Shown in pieces: positions 39,490 through 52,834 of a DNA stretch of 61,355 bases. Source of the stretch: Rhynchobatus australiae (lineage: Eukaryota); contig JAUZTB010000066.1 of NCBI GenBank assembly GCA_034780895.1, positions 26,890,515 to 26,951,869 of the forward strand, written 5' to 3'. The translations under genes were made by a program, and so were the position numbers. Below the pieces are notes generated by a model. It was not told where the DNA came from, did no database searches, and saw only the letters and a program-made list of their open reading frames with translations. Numbering within the stretch: the stretch's first letter is position 1; the number at the start of each line of letters is the position of its first letter.

Positions 39490-40090
39490 TGGAATATGCA
39501 TATTCTCCCTATTGCAATTAATTAGGGCTCTGGTGAAACCAGCTCTGAAATATTGTGTATGGGACTGGTCTCTCTACAGAAGGAAAGAGATACATGTGAC
39601 AGAAGGATTACAATGAAACATCACCAGATCGACCCCTAGAATCAAGGGAATTGTCCTATGAGAATATTTTTATGGTGGGGAGGGCGTCTACTATCTAATT
39701 TAGAATAACGAGAGGTCATCCTGTTAAAACATGCAACACTTTTACAGGGTTTGACAGGGTAGATGCAGAGATGCAGGGATGATGTTTTCCCTAGCTCGGG
39801 TGCCTTGAAAAAGGGTCACAGTCACAAAATAAGGGGTTAGCCATTCAGGACAGGGATGAAGAGAGATTTCTTCACCAGAAGGGTAGGGAATCCTTGGAAT
39901 TTGCCATCCAAAAGGGCTGAACATATTCAAAATTAGCTATCACCGGATTTTTGGATGTTGAAGGAACCAAGGAAAATGGGGTTAGTACTAAAAAGTGGTG
40001 CTGATGTAAAATACCAGCCATGATGTTACTGAATGATTGTGCAGTAGTGAAGGCTGAATGTGTTACCTGTGCTCATATTTCTTATGTTTA
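39490..40090 (+). mobile_element. Old CR1 LINE 3' fragment
   Basis: Degenerate GGGTCACAGTCACAAAATAAGGGGTTAGCCATT and CR1-type 3' tail. Confidence 0.65.
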
Positions 40091-43000
40091 ATGTTCCTCT
40101 CTGTCCATGGAGTATTGCAATTCCATAATTTCCTTAAGAACACTTTCCAGATTTTTCAGCTGAGACGGGAATTGATGCTAAATTAATCATGCTGGCTGCA
40201 CATCTATTTTAAGCTGGTTAACAAGGTGTTTTACTAATTCTGTTCAGAGAGCGTAGACAACTGTCGTAGGAACAAACAGGGGCAGGTACAGGGCAGACAC
40301 AGGTGAAGCATGCCCCCCTAAAAAAGGTCATTCAGCATATTGTGTAGAAGGTGTGTACATTTAATATGCTCTCCAAAAGCTGTCAAATTTAAGTTCTTGT
40401 CCACTGACTGGGAACAGGAGTTGGCCATTCAGTTCATTGAGACAGACCTGCCAAACCAGCTCCTTGTTGCAGATGAGGTCAATGCTTCTGCTTACGTGGC
40501 TGCTTGAACAAATGAAGCTGAAGGAAAGGACATCCGGATGTACGTTGAACTGCGCAGGGTGCCATTGTGCAAGACCAGACGCCTCCACAAGTCCATGTGT
40601 CATACGCGAGGATGAACTGCAAGGAATTTGGCATTCTGTGAGAAGCACAGCGATGGTTGTGTCACAAGCAGAAACATGGTATCACGTGATGGAATTTCCA
40701 GGGCTTTGCTCCTTGCGTGTAGTTCCTGCCAGAGGAAATAGCTTCTCCAACTCTACTCTATCAATCCCTATATCTTTCTAATCTTCCAGCATTATCATCC
40801 TCAACCTTCCAAACTCAAAGCAATATACAACTAGTTTCATGCAGAGGAACAAAGGACTGCCAGTGCTGGAATCTAGATGGCAAAGACGATGATGCTGNNN
40901 NNNNNNNNNNNNNNNNNNNNNNNNNNNNNNNNNNNNNNNNNNNNNNNNNNNNNNNNNNNNNNNNNNNNNNNNNNNNNNNNNNNNNNNNNNNNNNNNNNNN
41001 NNNNNNNNNNNNNNNNNNNNNNNNNNNNNNNNNNNNNNNNNNNNNNNNNNNNNNNNNNNNNNNNNNNNNNNNNNNNNNNNNNNNNNNNNNNNNNNNNNNN
41101 NNNNNNNNNNNNNNNNNNNNNNNNNNNNNNNNNNNNNNNNNNNNNNNNNNNNNNNNNNNNNNNNNNNNNNNNNNNNNNNNNNNNNNNNNNNNNNNNNNNN
41201 NNNNNNNNNNNNNNNNNNNNNNNNNNNNNNNNNNNNNNNNNNNNNNNNNNNNNNNNNNNNNNNNNNNNNNNNNNNNNNNNNNNNNNNNNNNNNNNNNNNN
41301 NNNNNNNNNNNNACTAGTTTCATGCATCCTGCTCTTTCAATTTCATCCTAAGCCCAGGTGTAATTCTGGTGACTCTGTACTATTAGTGTATGATTATTTG
41401 TTGAGTTACATCACCAGCAAATATTTGCACATCCATATTTTCCAGCATAAGATCACAGGATGGCAGCCAACAGCAGGAACATTGACCAGCTTCACTCCTC
41501 ATTTACTTGGTGGTCTTGGTAAAGTCAAGCTGTAGTATCCTGCTGTATATTTGTACTGTTCCAAAACTGAGACAAACTAATAGTGTGGACAAGGACCTCC
41601 CTTTTGGAATGATTCAGCAGCACATCTGGTGATGCTGTGGTCCTTGGGTGCACTATGTTGACTTCTGACCATGGTCTTACTGTCATGAAGATGTTGAAGC
41701 TGCTAACTCTCATGCTGTTCTGAATTTGCCGCTACACTGACACAACTTACCTCCTGCTTGAGTATCATTATGCACTGGCCCTCACTAAAACACAGAAAAT
41801 TCCAGAAAAAGCATACTGATGGGGAAAGCACAATGGCTTCTCTGTTCTGCCAAAGNNNNNNNNNNNNNNNNNNNNNNNNNNNNNNNNNNNNNNNNNNNNN
41901 NNNNNNNNNNNNNNNNNNNNNNNNNNNNNNNNNNNNNNNNNNNNNNNNNNNNNNNAAAGGGATTCCACACTCCCCTTTTTCCTGTTATTACCCTTGAAAT
42001 GAAGTCCCAACACTTCCCTTGTACAGCTCAAATCTCCACTGAAAACATTCTCTATTGAATGGAGCTTGAAAATTCAGCCAATAATAAAGTTATAATAAAA
42101 TGTTAGAAACCTTTTCCTGAAGTCTGGTTCATAATCCTGGTGTTAAGGCTCTTCAATGAGAATGGAAAGTCAGAGAGCGATTAAATAACTTAATTATTCC
42201 TATAGTTTCTTATTTTACATTGGACCTGACCAGTTGCCCTTGGCAGAGTTGCCTTTTGCTGAATATAATGCCTTTTGATTTCCAATGTTAGTTTAAGTAG
42301 TGTGTCCTTAATGTTTCTTGGTTAAATCTCCTTCACTGGGTGATCATTGTTTTCTCCAGTTTATGCTGTGGGATGGTATAAACTACAAGAACTGTGTAAC
42401 ATGAACTGGCCATTATCAGCCAACCACAAACTACACATTTAATCCAAGAAGAAAATTGCTTCTAACTTGGAACTACTCGGCACAAAATTCAGCTTTATGA
42501 TTTTTTCACCGCCAAAATATTTTCCTGTTAGCCAATCTCTCCACCTTCCGCTCCAACATTCCTGAATTGATTTCAAGTCAGATTCCTAACTTACAGAAAA
42601 TGCTTGTGGCTGTGATATTTATAACTTAGTCATGATTTATAAATCAGTACTTTGGAAAGTTCAGATAGTGGGATTAATCTTTTGCTCGTGCAAAAGAGAA
42701 TAATGTTTGCAGGAACAGACCAAGTGACATCATTTAGCGTCCTCAGGGATGTTGCACATGTTAGATGAAGTAAAGTGGCCCTCTGGACACATTGGTAAAT
42801 GTACCAATTCCAACTCAAAATTTCCAGTGTATTACATGCAGTGTCACTGATGTTATCACTGGATAAGTGCTGGGAAGTTCTCCTTTGGATTGATAAGGAT
42901 CTCTGTAGCTCCATAAAACATCAGCATTGAGGGAGCTTTATTCTCATGTAATCCTCCACTCTAGTTCACCTCACACTTGGTGACATGCGGGTAAATGTGA

Positions 43001-43584
43001 CACTCGATGCTCCCTCAACCAGGGAATGTAGCGCAGAGAGTCGACAGTAAGTTGTAGGTTTCCCTCTGACCTGTGGGCCCTTCAGATGGTGCTCTCTCTA
43101 AGATCAGCAAAATGAGCTTATATATATTACCAGGTATTCCCAGGCTTGCTACAGAGCTGCCTATTTGAAGGGTAGATCTTCTTCATGAGCACAACACATG
43201 GCCCTGTGAGAAAAAAAGCTGACACTTTGCCCAAGGTGCAGAGACATGGAGAGGCCTGCGGAACAGCTGCCCAGCACTGACTGCCTCATTGCACCAAGTG
43301 TGACATGCTGATATCAGTACATCACTTGGAGAACTGTGACATGATTACACAGAATTATAATATGTTGGGTCAAGTAGCAACTCCGATTAATTTCATGTTC
43401 TTCCACAGTATAAAAAATAGATGCATGCAAAATATATGCAAAAAAAGTAATTCCCTAAAAGTGACTACGTACAACTTGTATCTCTCACTTCGGAGTCTGG
43501 AACTTCCTTTATGCCATGGCCCATGGTTTGTCTGTTCTGAGATACTCCTTTCTATATTCCTTGATAGGTAAATAAGAATAACCA

Positions 43585-43730
43585 TTTAAGAGACTCTTAG
43601 ATAGACACACGAATGATAGAGAAATGGGGGGCTATGTGGGAGGGAAGGGTTAGATAGATCTTAGAGCAGGATAGAATGTTGGCACAACATTGTGGGCTGA
43701 AGAGCCTGTACTGTGCTGTAATGTTCTATG
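43585..43730 (+). mobile_element. CR1 3' end
   Basis: Near-identical to the 50365-50510 tail (GGCTATGTGGGAGGGAAGGGTTAGATAGATC). Confidence 0.8.
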
Positions 43731-44049
43731 ACTAACCTCTGGTTAATCTTTTCACTGGTGAGAGGAGAGTGGATGACCAGTGAGACTGGGAGCTGACACT
43801 GATTCTCTAGCCAGTTTTCATCAGAAGGTAATGTCCCCTCGGCACCTTCTCAGCTTCGATGGTGTGTGGGTTGTGTGGTGCTGCTTCTATAGCAAACAAA
43901 CTGAAGAAGAACTATAAAAAGAACTTTATTTATCAAAGGCTATAATTTTCAATAAAACAGGGATTTCTGGTAAAACAATGTATCAAAGTCTGCCACACAG
44001 GGAATTTAGTTCTTAAACGTACTTTCACATTTCTATGCACAATTCTGCT

Positions 44050-46000
44050 TCCCCATTTAAACAAAGTAAGTAAATTCATGCAAACCATCCTTTTGCATAC
44101 ATAAAATATAGATCAATGCACAGGAGCAAATTCTTTCAATCTCTTCCTCATCATGCACAGAACTCTTCACTGCAAGCTGCACTTGACATCTCTGAAATAT
44201 CCACTTTAGGCACAAGTATTTCCAGTAGATTATTTTTCCCATTTGGCCTTGCACATATCTTGCCTTACATCAAATGATGCCTCAACACAATTGTCTTCAT
44301 GCATTTGATTACATTGCACTACATGCTGTATAGAACAATCTTCTTGGTGCCATCTTACGCACTAAACTCCTCACAGAAAAAAACAACACAGAATCTAATA
44401 ACTCATGTCAATAAGTACATTATTTACATTATATTTGGTGCACTAATGGACATCATGAACTCAGCTGCAATAATCTTTACTTTGGTTGTCCTTTAAAGCT
44501 CTTCATCTTGTGCCTCTGATCTCGCACTGTTTGACATCTTGACTCCCACTCTGACTAGCAGTGGATGCCTGACCTTTCATCCTGTCCTTCTTGAAGCCAC
44601 AAAGTCATCTTCTCTGATTCTCCCTTTCTGGTTTGCATTCAAGAATTTCAACTCTGGCATAACTGTTTTTGGTTTGTTCTGCCTCATCCTGGCTCTGTTG
44701 TATTGGGCTGACATCAAAAAGTCCATGCTCGGTGCAACATTCTTCAGAAGATCTTCAGGGCTTGAAAGTGCCTCCACAACATGAGCATCAAATTTGGTCT
44801 GTGCGCAAGTCAGATTATTTAGCAAATCTGTAAATCATTAATTCTTGTGGGAACTGAGCTTTACTTTGGAACCAATGCAGTCTCATCTTCTCCGCCTGTA
44901 TTGTCAGTTATAGATCTGCCACTGTAACCTCTCTGCAGCACTGTGTGATGAGCCTATTGCTTCTCACCATGTTTGCAAACTCTTGTATTGGCATGGCTGT
45001 TCCACTAAGACATCTGGTTCTCTCCTGCTATTCAAACATGTCACAGGCTTCTTCTTTGAATTATCTGTCTCTGTGGTTTGTCAATAGTCCTATCCTTCTG
45101 AAATTGCCAAATCACTGTCAAATTGATATCTTGGACTTGGGCTGTTTATTATGGACTGACTTCCACTGGGCCTGGACAACAAGCCTTATTCTTCCAGGAC
45201 ACCTCATCCTGATCTAATTGTCAGATGCGTAGGCTGTTTCTCAACCTCTTGGTTGCCTCTCCAGGTGCTTCTGTAATCAATACTGCCTGTCCTGGGAGTT
45301 TGCTGCCTTGTTGACATAATATCTACTTCATCTGCTGACCAGCTGTGGTCAATGTCCGTTCACCCTTTACCGCTTGTCATCTGGACATTCACTGCTGCAA
45401 ACAACCTCGGAGAATGCCTTCAGCATAATCCTTGTATATCTGAAGGAATACCCGTTGCAAATATTATCCATCCTTATTGTAAGTCCACATGTGGAGATAT
45501 CACATTCCCATTCATTGCAATTGCTGCTTCACCACATCCCTTGGCTCAGTGCCACAGGACGCTTTTTCAGTACGCAATGCATGCATGATTCAGCCAAACC
45601 ACTGACCTTCCTCCTCTTCATTTGACCGCTGGGCATTCTTTAAGAGCCCAGATTTCACATTCTCCATCAGAGGGACTGCCTGCATTGGTGCAGGTGTATC
45701 CCTCCCTGTGTTGAAATCACCATATCTCCTGTCATGGAAAGCAGTCAGCTATATCATCCTCGGATGGATTTGTTCTCTCAGTTGCGTTGAACTACCAAGT
45801 TGGTTCGCTACCTTTTTAGAATTGCAACCAATAAGTCTGCTTGTGTGTGCAGATGGAGACTTCTTGGCACCTGGCAAACTCACCTGACTTGTGGGCTCCA
45901 ACCTCTCTCCAACTTCAAGCATCTGCCCTGACATCTGAAACCCCAGGGTAAATAACCCAGTTGTGAAGAGAATCTGAGAGTAGAACTTCTTTGTGATTCC
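44050..46000 (-). pseudogene. Decayed large low-complexity exon-like region
   Basis: ~2 kb of non-repetitive sequence whose minus strand gives long S/E/K/Q-rich frames broken by stops and frameshifts (e.g. ORF 44577-44825). Its position fits the large N-terminal exon of MLL genes, but no diagnostic motif was recognised. Confidence 0.3.
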
Positions 46001-46327
46001 CACCACCCTCCATTGCTCTCCATGATGAGATCAAGATCACCAACTCAAGCCATCAGCAATCACCCCCATGTGATCATGGATTTTCTTCCCACTCTGTAAA
46101 TTGGATGGGCTGAGATCAAACCCTGAGATCAAACCCACCCACAGCCTCCGAAATCAGACACAAAGCCTCTACTCCACATACCTGCTTATACTACATAACC
46201 TGCAATTGACTCAGTTACACTTAACCAACCCTGACCCACCTTTGCATGAACAGTCATTGGACACAGACTGACTAAATGGCCTCCTTCAGACCACTTGCTG
46301 TTCAAAGACAGCAGCATTTATCAATCA

Positions 46328-46535
46328 GAGACACAAGAGATTCTGCAGATGCTGGAATCTGGAGCAACACACACAAAATACTGGAGGAACTCAGCAGGTC
46401 AGGCAGNNNNNNNNNNNNNNNNNNNNNNNNNNNNNNNNNNNNNNNNNNNNNNNNNNNNNNNNNNNNNNNNNNAACTGTTCATTTCCCTCCACAGATGCTG
46501 CCTGACCTGCTGAGTTCCTCCAGCATTTTGTGTAC
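46328..46535. mobile_element. Penelope-type palindromic remnant (centre in gap)
   Basis: CTGGAGGAACTCAGCAGGTCAGGCAG...CTGCCTGACCTGCTGAGTTCCTCCAG inverted arms. Confidence 0.65.
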
Positions 46536-46699
46536 GTAGTACTTATCAGTCGGTCTGGTCTCCCTCTACACCATCCCGTCACACACTCCTGGTGCCAGTA
46601 CTTGCTAGGAAAAGCAATGCAAGCAGTGTTGCTGAAGCCCACGTTACCCCTACAGGTTCACCTCACCAGCCCAGTATCACCCAGTGACGATTGCAGGCA

Positions 46700-48870
46700 C
46701 TAATTCTTCCCTGGTTGTAAAAAGTGGAGCAAATGTAAACATTGGTCCCTTAGAAGTTGAAGGGGAATTAATAATTGGGATTAAGGAACTGGCAGATATG
46801 TTAAATCAATATTTTGTGCTTGTCTTTACAGTGAAGGATACAAAACATATCAACACTGAGGAAATTCGAGACAGAGGGAGGCTCTGAAAATGATCACTGT
46901 AACTTGGAGAAGGAGGAGCCGGTAGACTCATGGGACTAAAGGATGACAGATCCCTTGGATCTGATGGCCTGCATTCTCAAGGTCTAAAGGAAATACCCGC
47001 AGTCACAGCCAATGCGTTGGTTGTGATCTTCTAAAGTCTTGAAGAATTCCAGAGATTGGAAAACCTCAAATGTAACTGAGGAAATTAAGCAAGGAACTAG
47101 AGACCAGTGAGTCTAACGTATGTTGTTGAGAAATCTAGTATTAAGGATGTGGTAACAGAAGATCATCTCATTAAACCATGTTACCTCTGCCAAGACTCTT
47201 GATCAGACCTCTTGCACAATAAAGATTAACTCTTAATCTCAGAATCTACCTCGTCATGGCCCTTACACCTTATTTGTCTACCTGCACTGCACTTCCTCTG
47301 TAACGGTAACTGTAACACTGTATTCTGCAACACAGAGTCCTGATGAAGGGTCTCGGCCCAGAATGTCAACCGTTTATTTCCCTCCATGGATGCTACCTGA
47401 CCTGCTGAGTTCCGCCAGCACTTTTCGTGTATTGCTCCAGATACATCCAGCATCTGCAGAATTTCTTCTGTATTCTGCATTCTGTTATTGGCTTTCCCTT
47501 AGTACTACCTCAACGACTTATGTCTTGGAATGATCTGTATGGAGGGCTTGCAGAACAAAGTTTTTCGCTGTATTTTGGTACATGTGACAATAATAAATCA
47601 ATTTACCAATTAACATAGTTTTATGAAAGGGAAGTTGTGTTTGACAAATTTTTAGGATTACTTAAGGATATTATCAGCAGAGTGGATAAAGGGGCAGCAG
47701 TGAATATGGTACAGCTAGAGTTTCAAGTTCTGTGACTAGAAGAGGACAACATTCAATGATGTGCTCAAAGCCTCCTTGAGGTAGTGCAACATCTCCACTG
47801 TGAATCTCTGGCCCATGACCACTCAAAGCAGAGAAGGAACATTTGGAATGGTGATGTGGACCTCATGTCCATGCATCAGGGGCACATGGAAGCCCTGCCT
47901 AAATGGCAAAACGAGTGGACTACCTCACAAACAATCCTCCTTGCCAGCTACCTCCTGTTCCATCTGTGGGAGAGTCTACACTTCCCACGTTGGTCTCATC
48001 AGTTACCTCAGAACCCAGAAAACCAGAGTGAAAGTAAGTCATCCTAAATCTCAAGGGTCTGTCCAAGAGGAAGATTAGCAAAGATGGAGAACTGGTTAAC
48101 TGACAGAACTGGTTAACAGAAAGGATAAGTGGGTAATTTTAAGTTCAGCAAAGTGTAACTACTGGGGTGTTACTGTTTAGTGCTGGCAATCTGGATTACT
48201 GATTAGACAAAGATACCCAATGTATTTAATTGACATTTGTTGGCAACATAAGGAAAAGTAGTTGTGAGGAGAACATGAAGTGGATGCAAGAGATATAAAT
48301 AGATTAAGGAAGAGGAGAAAACTACAGCAGATGTATAATGCAGGGAAATGTGAGCTTATTCACTTTAGTAGGAAGAACAGAAAGACAGAATATCATTTAA
48401 ATGATGGAAGACAAATTAATGCTGGCATTCCGAATGAGCTATGTGTCCTTGACCAAAAAATGCAGAATGCATGCAGACAGTTGGTCTTTATTGCAAGAGA
48501 GGTGGAGATAGGGAACCTTAGGGGCATTGTACAGGACCTTAGTTAGATCACACCTAAAAGCAATGATCTCCTGAGGTGAGAAAGGATACATATATCCTGG
48601 AGGTAGGATAGAGGAGCTTGACCCTGGAATGTCTTCTGAGGAAAGATAAAACAAGTTCCACCTATCCCTTCTGTAGTTTGGGAGAATGAGGGGCAAACTT
48701 ATTGAAATATACAAGGTCATGTCGGGGCTCGACAGTGTAGATGTTGTGACAACATTTCCCCTGGTGGGGGAGTCTAAAATTAGTCCCAGGATAAAGGGTC
48801 ACATATTTAAGACAGAAATGAGGGAGAATTTCTTTTCTCAAAGCATTGTGAATTTGGCAAAGGGAATCAT
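46700..48870 (+). mobile_element. Heavily degraded CR1 LINE with nested insertions
   Basis: Remnant motifs (GATCTGATGGCCTGCATTC, YNAGKCELIHFSRKNRK, MRGKLIEIYKVM..KGHIFKTEMRENFFSQ) interrupted at ~47170-47615 and ~47735-48075. Confidence 0.75.
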
Positions 48871-48969
48871 GTCTTTTGAGGTAAATAGAGGCGATATGTA
48901 CTGCTCTTTATATCACAACCTGGATTCCATCAGTGGTATGATCTTCACACTCATTTACAAAGTGTAAGT

Positions 48970-49175
48970 CACATATAGCCCATAGACACATGCAAATGCT
49001 TTTCCAAGGTGGGAGACACACATGTGCCCCATATTTACAAGGTGCAAGTATGACACAGCCCTGAGATATATGCCCCTGTATTTCCAAGGTGAAATTCGTA
49101 TTAAGCCCCGTCACACATGCACATATTTCCAAGGTGCAAATACACAGCCCTGCCACACATGTCCTGTCTTTACAT
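48970..49175. repeat. ~45-bp degenerate tandem repeat, ~4 copies
   Basis: Recurring CACACATG..ATATTT(A/C)CAAGGTG unit. Confidence 0.6.
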
Positions 49176-50159
49176 GAAGGTAATGATCTTGCTAAACCAT
49201 AATGTTTATTTAAAATTAAGTCTGTTCACCAACAGACAGGAACCTAGCATGAAAGCGAAACGTACTTTAATCCTTAGGGTAATTTTGGAAAAAATAGGAT
49301 TAGTTGCACACAATAAAAGCCTCTGATAATTATAATTCATAGATAAACATCAGTCAGATTTTCATTCAAACAAATTTTCACTTGTCAGGGTTGAGAGGTA
49401 ACAACAAGGAAAAGAAGGACTTGGAAAGGAATTGCATTAGATCCGACATCCCTCACCCTGCCCTCATGTGGTTGTAACTTAATCCCTTCGAGCTCTCGAG
49501 CTCTATGAATCTACAGTGAAAGCTGTTCACTGAAAGAGAGGGATTGTTCAGGGGCTAAGGAAGGAAGGCTGGACTGAGAACAGCGGCCCTGGTAAAAATT
49601 CATAGAGTTACAAATCTCACTGTAAACATTTAGCAGAGTTGCTTCCCCCATGTATATTCCTTGGTGCTTGAAAGTTTAGACCCAATGAGTTCATCCCATG
49701 ATGCTGGGTTAGCCTTACATGGCCAGGTTTTTAATCAGAACCTTCAACTCCTTCATTCTCCAGAAATTTCAGGGGAGAAGTTCATCCTTGGTACAAGCTG
49801 AATTATAAACCATTTAAAATGTTTACGCCCATTGAACATGATTGCACAGATTCAGATCCTATCCCCCAAACTGTGGACATTTATCAGGTCTGCTTTAGCA
49901 TCACTGTCATTTCTGGTGTTTATTCTGCTATTCTTAATGTAAAACAACTTCTGTGTAATTCCCTAAATTTGCCCTGGCTACGTGATTATCGCTCTATCCA
50001 TTAGAATTTGCCTGGGTTGGTTTTATCAATTCCCTTCTTAATCTCCATTGCCATTTCCCTTTCCTCAAGGAAATCAGACCCAATTTTCTTAACCTTTCCT
50101 CCTATCTTAAGTTGCTAAGTAGTTTTAAAATTATTTTTTTTTGTTCCCTCCAAACTTTC

Positions 50160-50512
50160 TACAAGATGATAAGAGGCAGAGATTGAGTGGACAGTCAGAG
50201 ACTTTTTCCCAGGGCGGAAATGGCTAACACGAGGGGACATAATTTTAAGGTAATTGGAGGAAAGTATAGGGGGGATATCAGAGGCAAGTTATTTTTTGCA
50301 CAGAGAGCAGTGGGTGCTTTGAATGCACTGCAAGCAGAGGTTGTGGGGATAGATACATTAGGGACATTTAAGAGACTCTTCGATAGACACATGAATGATG
50401 GAAGAATGGAGGGCTATGTGGGAGGGAAGGGTTAGATAGATCCTAGAGCAGGATAAAAGGTCGGCACAACATTGTGGGCCAAAGGGCCTGTACTGTGCTG
50501 TAATGTTCCATG
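50160..50512 (+). mobile_element. CR1 3' fragment
   Basis: LFPRAEMANTRGHNFKVIGGKYRGD..TFKRLFDRHM and 3' tail. Confidence 0.88.
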
Positions 50513-52834
50513 TATGAGCGGGGAGATCTTTGCTGTGGTGAGGTTGTGATTGGGATATCAGAATGTGGCTCTCCGTGTGCAGAGGGAAAATGTCAGGGCA
50601 TTGCCTTTCAGTTGACTGTAGAACTATGAAAGTTATTCTTTGCTAAGTTCACCTATGACATCTTGATCTTCTTAGGCGGTCTCTCAGAATTGAGGGTGAC
50701 TTGCTTACACTCTGGTTTTGTGGCTTCTGAGGTGACTCATGAGGCCAATATGGGAACCACAGCAATCAGTCGATACTTTCCATTCTTCGTCATCCAGATT
50801 AGGATTGTATATCCAAATGAATTTGAGTTCCACACTTTCCAGTCTATTGCTAAATGTTCACTATGGCAGATACAAAATGAAATTGTAATATTTGGAGTGT
50901 ACAGACCATATATATAACAATGTTGTAGAGACACCTACCTCAATAAGGAGATGTAAGAGACACTACCTGGTGGAAGAGGTGGAAAGAAGGAAATTAAATC
51001 TGTTGCTTCTAAAGGAAAGGTAAAGGCCTTCAAAGTCAAGGTCAAAATTGAGTTTATTGTTAGATAAAACCATTTTATCTTAAGATAAACCATATTTTTG
51101 GGGCTGATTATCTCTGCTACAAAGTTCCTTAAGGGCCAAGGACAGGGGCTGCTCCCATTCTCCACAGGACTGATAGTCCTTGACTGGCTTGCTGACTGGA
51201 TGTCCTGGACCAAGCTGACAACAGCTCCCAACACCTGCCCAAAGTGTGTGCGGGTGAAAGGGAAACTGGCTTAAAAACCATACCTCAACAAGAAAGCCAG
51301 CAGATGGTGGTCCTTGTACAAATTCCTATTCAACGAATCCTTCTAAAATAAATAACCAACTGATTATTTTGGAATCTTGCTGTGCAAAATTGGGTGCTGT
51401 ACTTCAACTGAGACTACTTTAAAGTGAATCATTGGCTGTAAGACACTTGGTAAGTTCTGAGATCATGAAAGCTGCTAATAACTGTTGGTCTTCTTAAACA
51501 TAAAATCATAGCAGGGGTGTCCAGTCTAATTTTACAGGGAATTCATCAGTAGTACGGAACAACATAATCCCAAACAGACACACAATGACAATTGATGGAG
51601 AAGCTTGGTGCAGTCACTGCTCTGCATACCACGGTACTCAGGAAGCAGTAGACCATCCCTGCTGAGTCTTACATGGTGCAGTTCAGATCTCCCCTCACTC
51701 TCTCCGAAGGCCACACAGTCACACTGTGACTGTCCCACACTGGGGGTCAGACTGAACCCCACCGAACTGAACCCCACTCACCAGAGCTGTGAGACACACT
51801 GGGCAGCATCATGGGCTGCTGTCAGCTTACAGGGGTTCCTGCTCACCATAGTAATTCCCAAAAAGGAATTGGGTTGAGGGAACGAGGTGGTGAAGGGAGT
51901 GGGTGTAAAAGGCGATGGTTATACTTCCCTAGATTTGAGTGTGTTCCTCCCACTGCTCTCACGTTCATGTTTCTTACACACTTTCTAGACAGCTTCTAAG
52001 AGTTGTTGGTTAGATCATATGTTGACCTGGGCTTCTTAAACAGAGCCAACCCAGTTTTATACAAAGGGCCTCAAACAGTTGTTAGACACTTTATTTGTTA
52101 GACTCTAAAATAGCAGCAAGCAGAATATGACTTACAGGCTGTTTAATCTTGAGGTTTCTTGTGTGGTTTGTAGAAGCAGCTGAATTTCTCCGTAAAGATC
52201 CAGACTTATTAGTCACTCCCACCCACCTAACCGTATGTATTAGATAAACAATTGATTCTCACTAATTCCCAGCCCCAACACATTACTCAGTAACTGATCC
52301 ACTAATAGAAAAATCTTACCTTTGCTGGGCCTATTCTGACCCATCACCCATGGAATTGGTCACATTGTGCACTGCAAGGCTTTGTACCAATTCTTGCATT
52401 TAGGCCTCACTTGTCCCCCAAGTCTTGAGTTCCACATTAAAAGGGGTCAGCCACCTAAATCAGTCCAGTGATTTGAACAACTGGCAGTAGCTCCCTCTTA
52501 AAATGAGCTGTGTGCATTGCCAAGCTTAATAGGGAGTAATATCATTCTCATTATGAGCAGGTGAAGGTAATCAAAAATGACCAACATACCTCAATGAGAT
52601 GGACTCTGCCAATGTATCTCATCTCTTACTGATGGGTATGTGAGTCAGCATGTTATATTTGGTGGGTCAGCAATGTTAAAACTGGAAAAGTGGATGGTGA
52701 TTGGGAGATGATTTACAGGGCTGTAGAATGGACACAGTGCCTGCTTTCTCATACAGGGGCATGAAAGAGAAAGTTTTACTCTGTAAATACCTGGTGCGCC
52801 TGAGAGTCTCTGGCAATATTTCACAGAAAGTGGT

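Larger units (their letters stand above)
20050..46000 (-). pseudogene. Decayed multi-exon KMT2A/KMT2B (MLL/trithorax)-like gene
   Basis: Splice-bounded remnants with in-frame stops match recalled KMT2A/B motifs in colinear order: 40496-40616 (HPRV*HM..WRR ~ GPRIKHVCRR), 30188-30361 (IRRTKVDI ~ VHRIRVDF), 29679-29804, 29054-29600, 27276-27560, 26446-26500, ~25240-25470, 20779-20991, ~20050-20219. Outer limits are approximate. Confidence 0.62.

Noticed and set aside
40361-40648. 95-aa ORF as a JmjC- or TMEM132-like exon
   Set aside because: Only 3-4 residue coincidences; a different, stop-containing frame bounded by splice sites fits the KMT2-like chain better.
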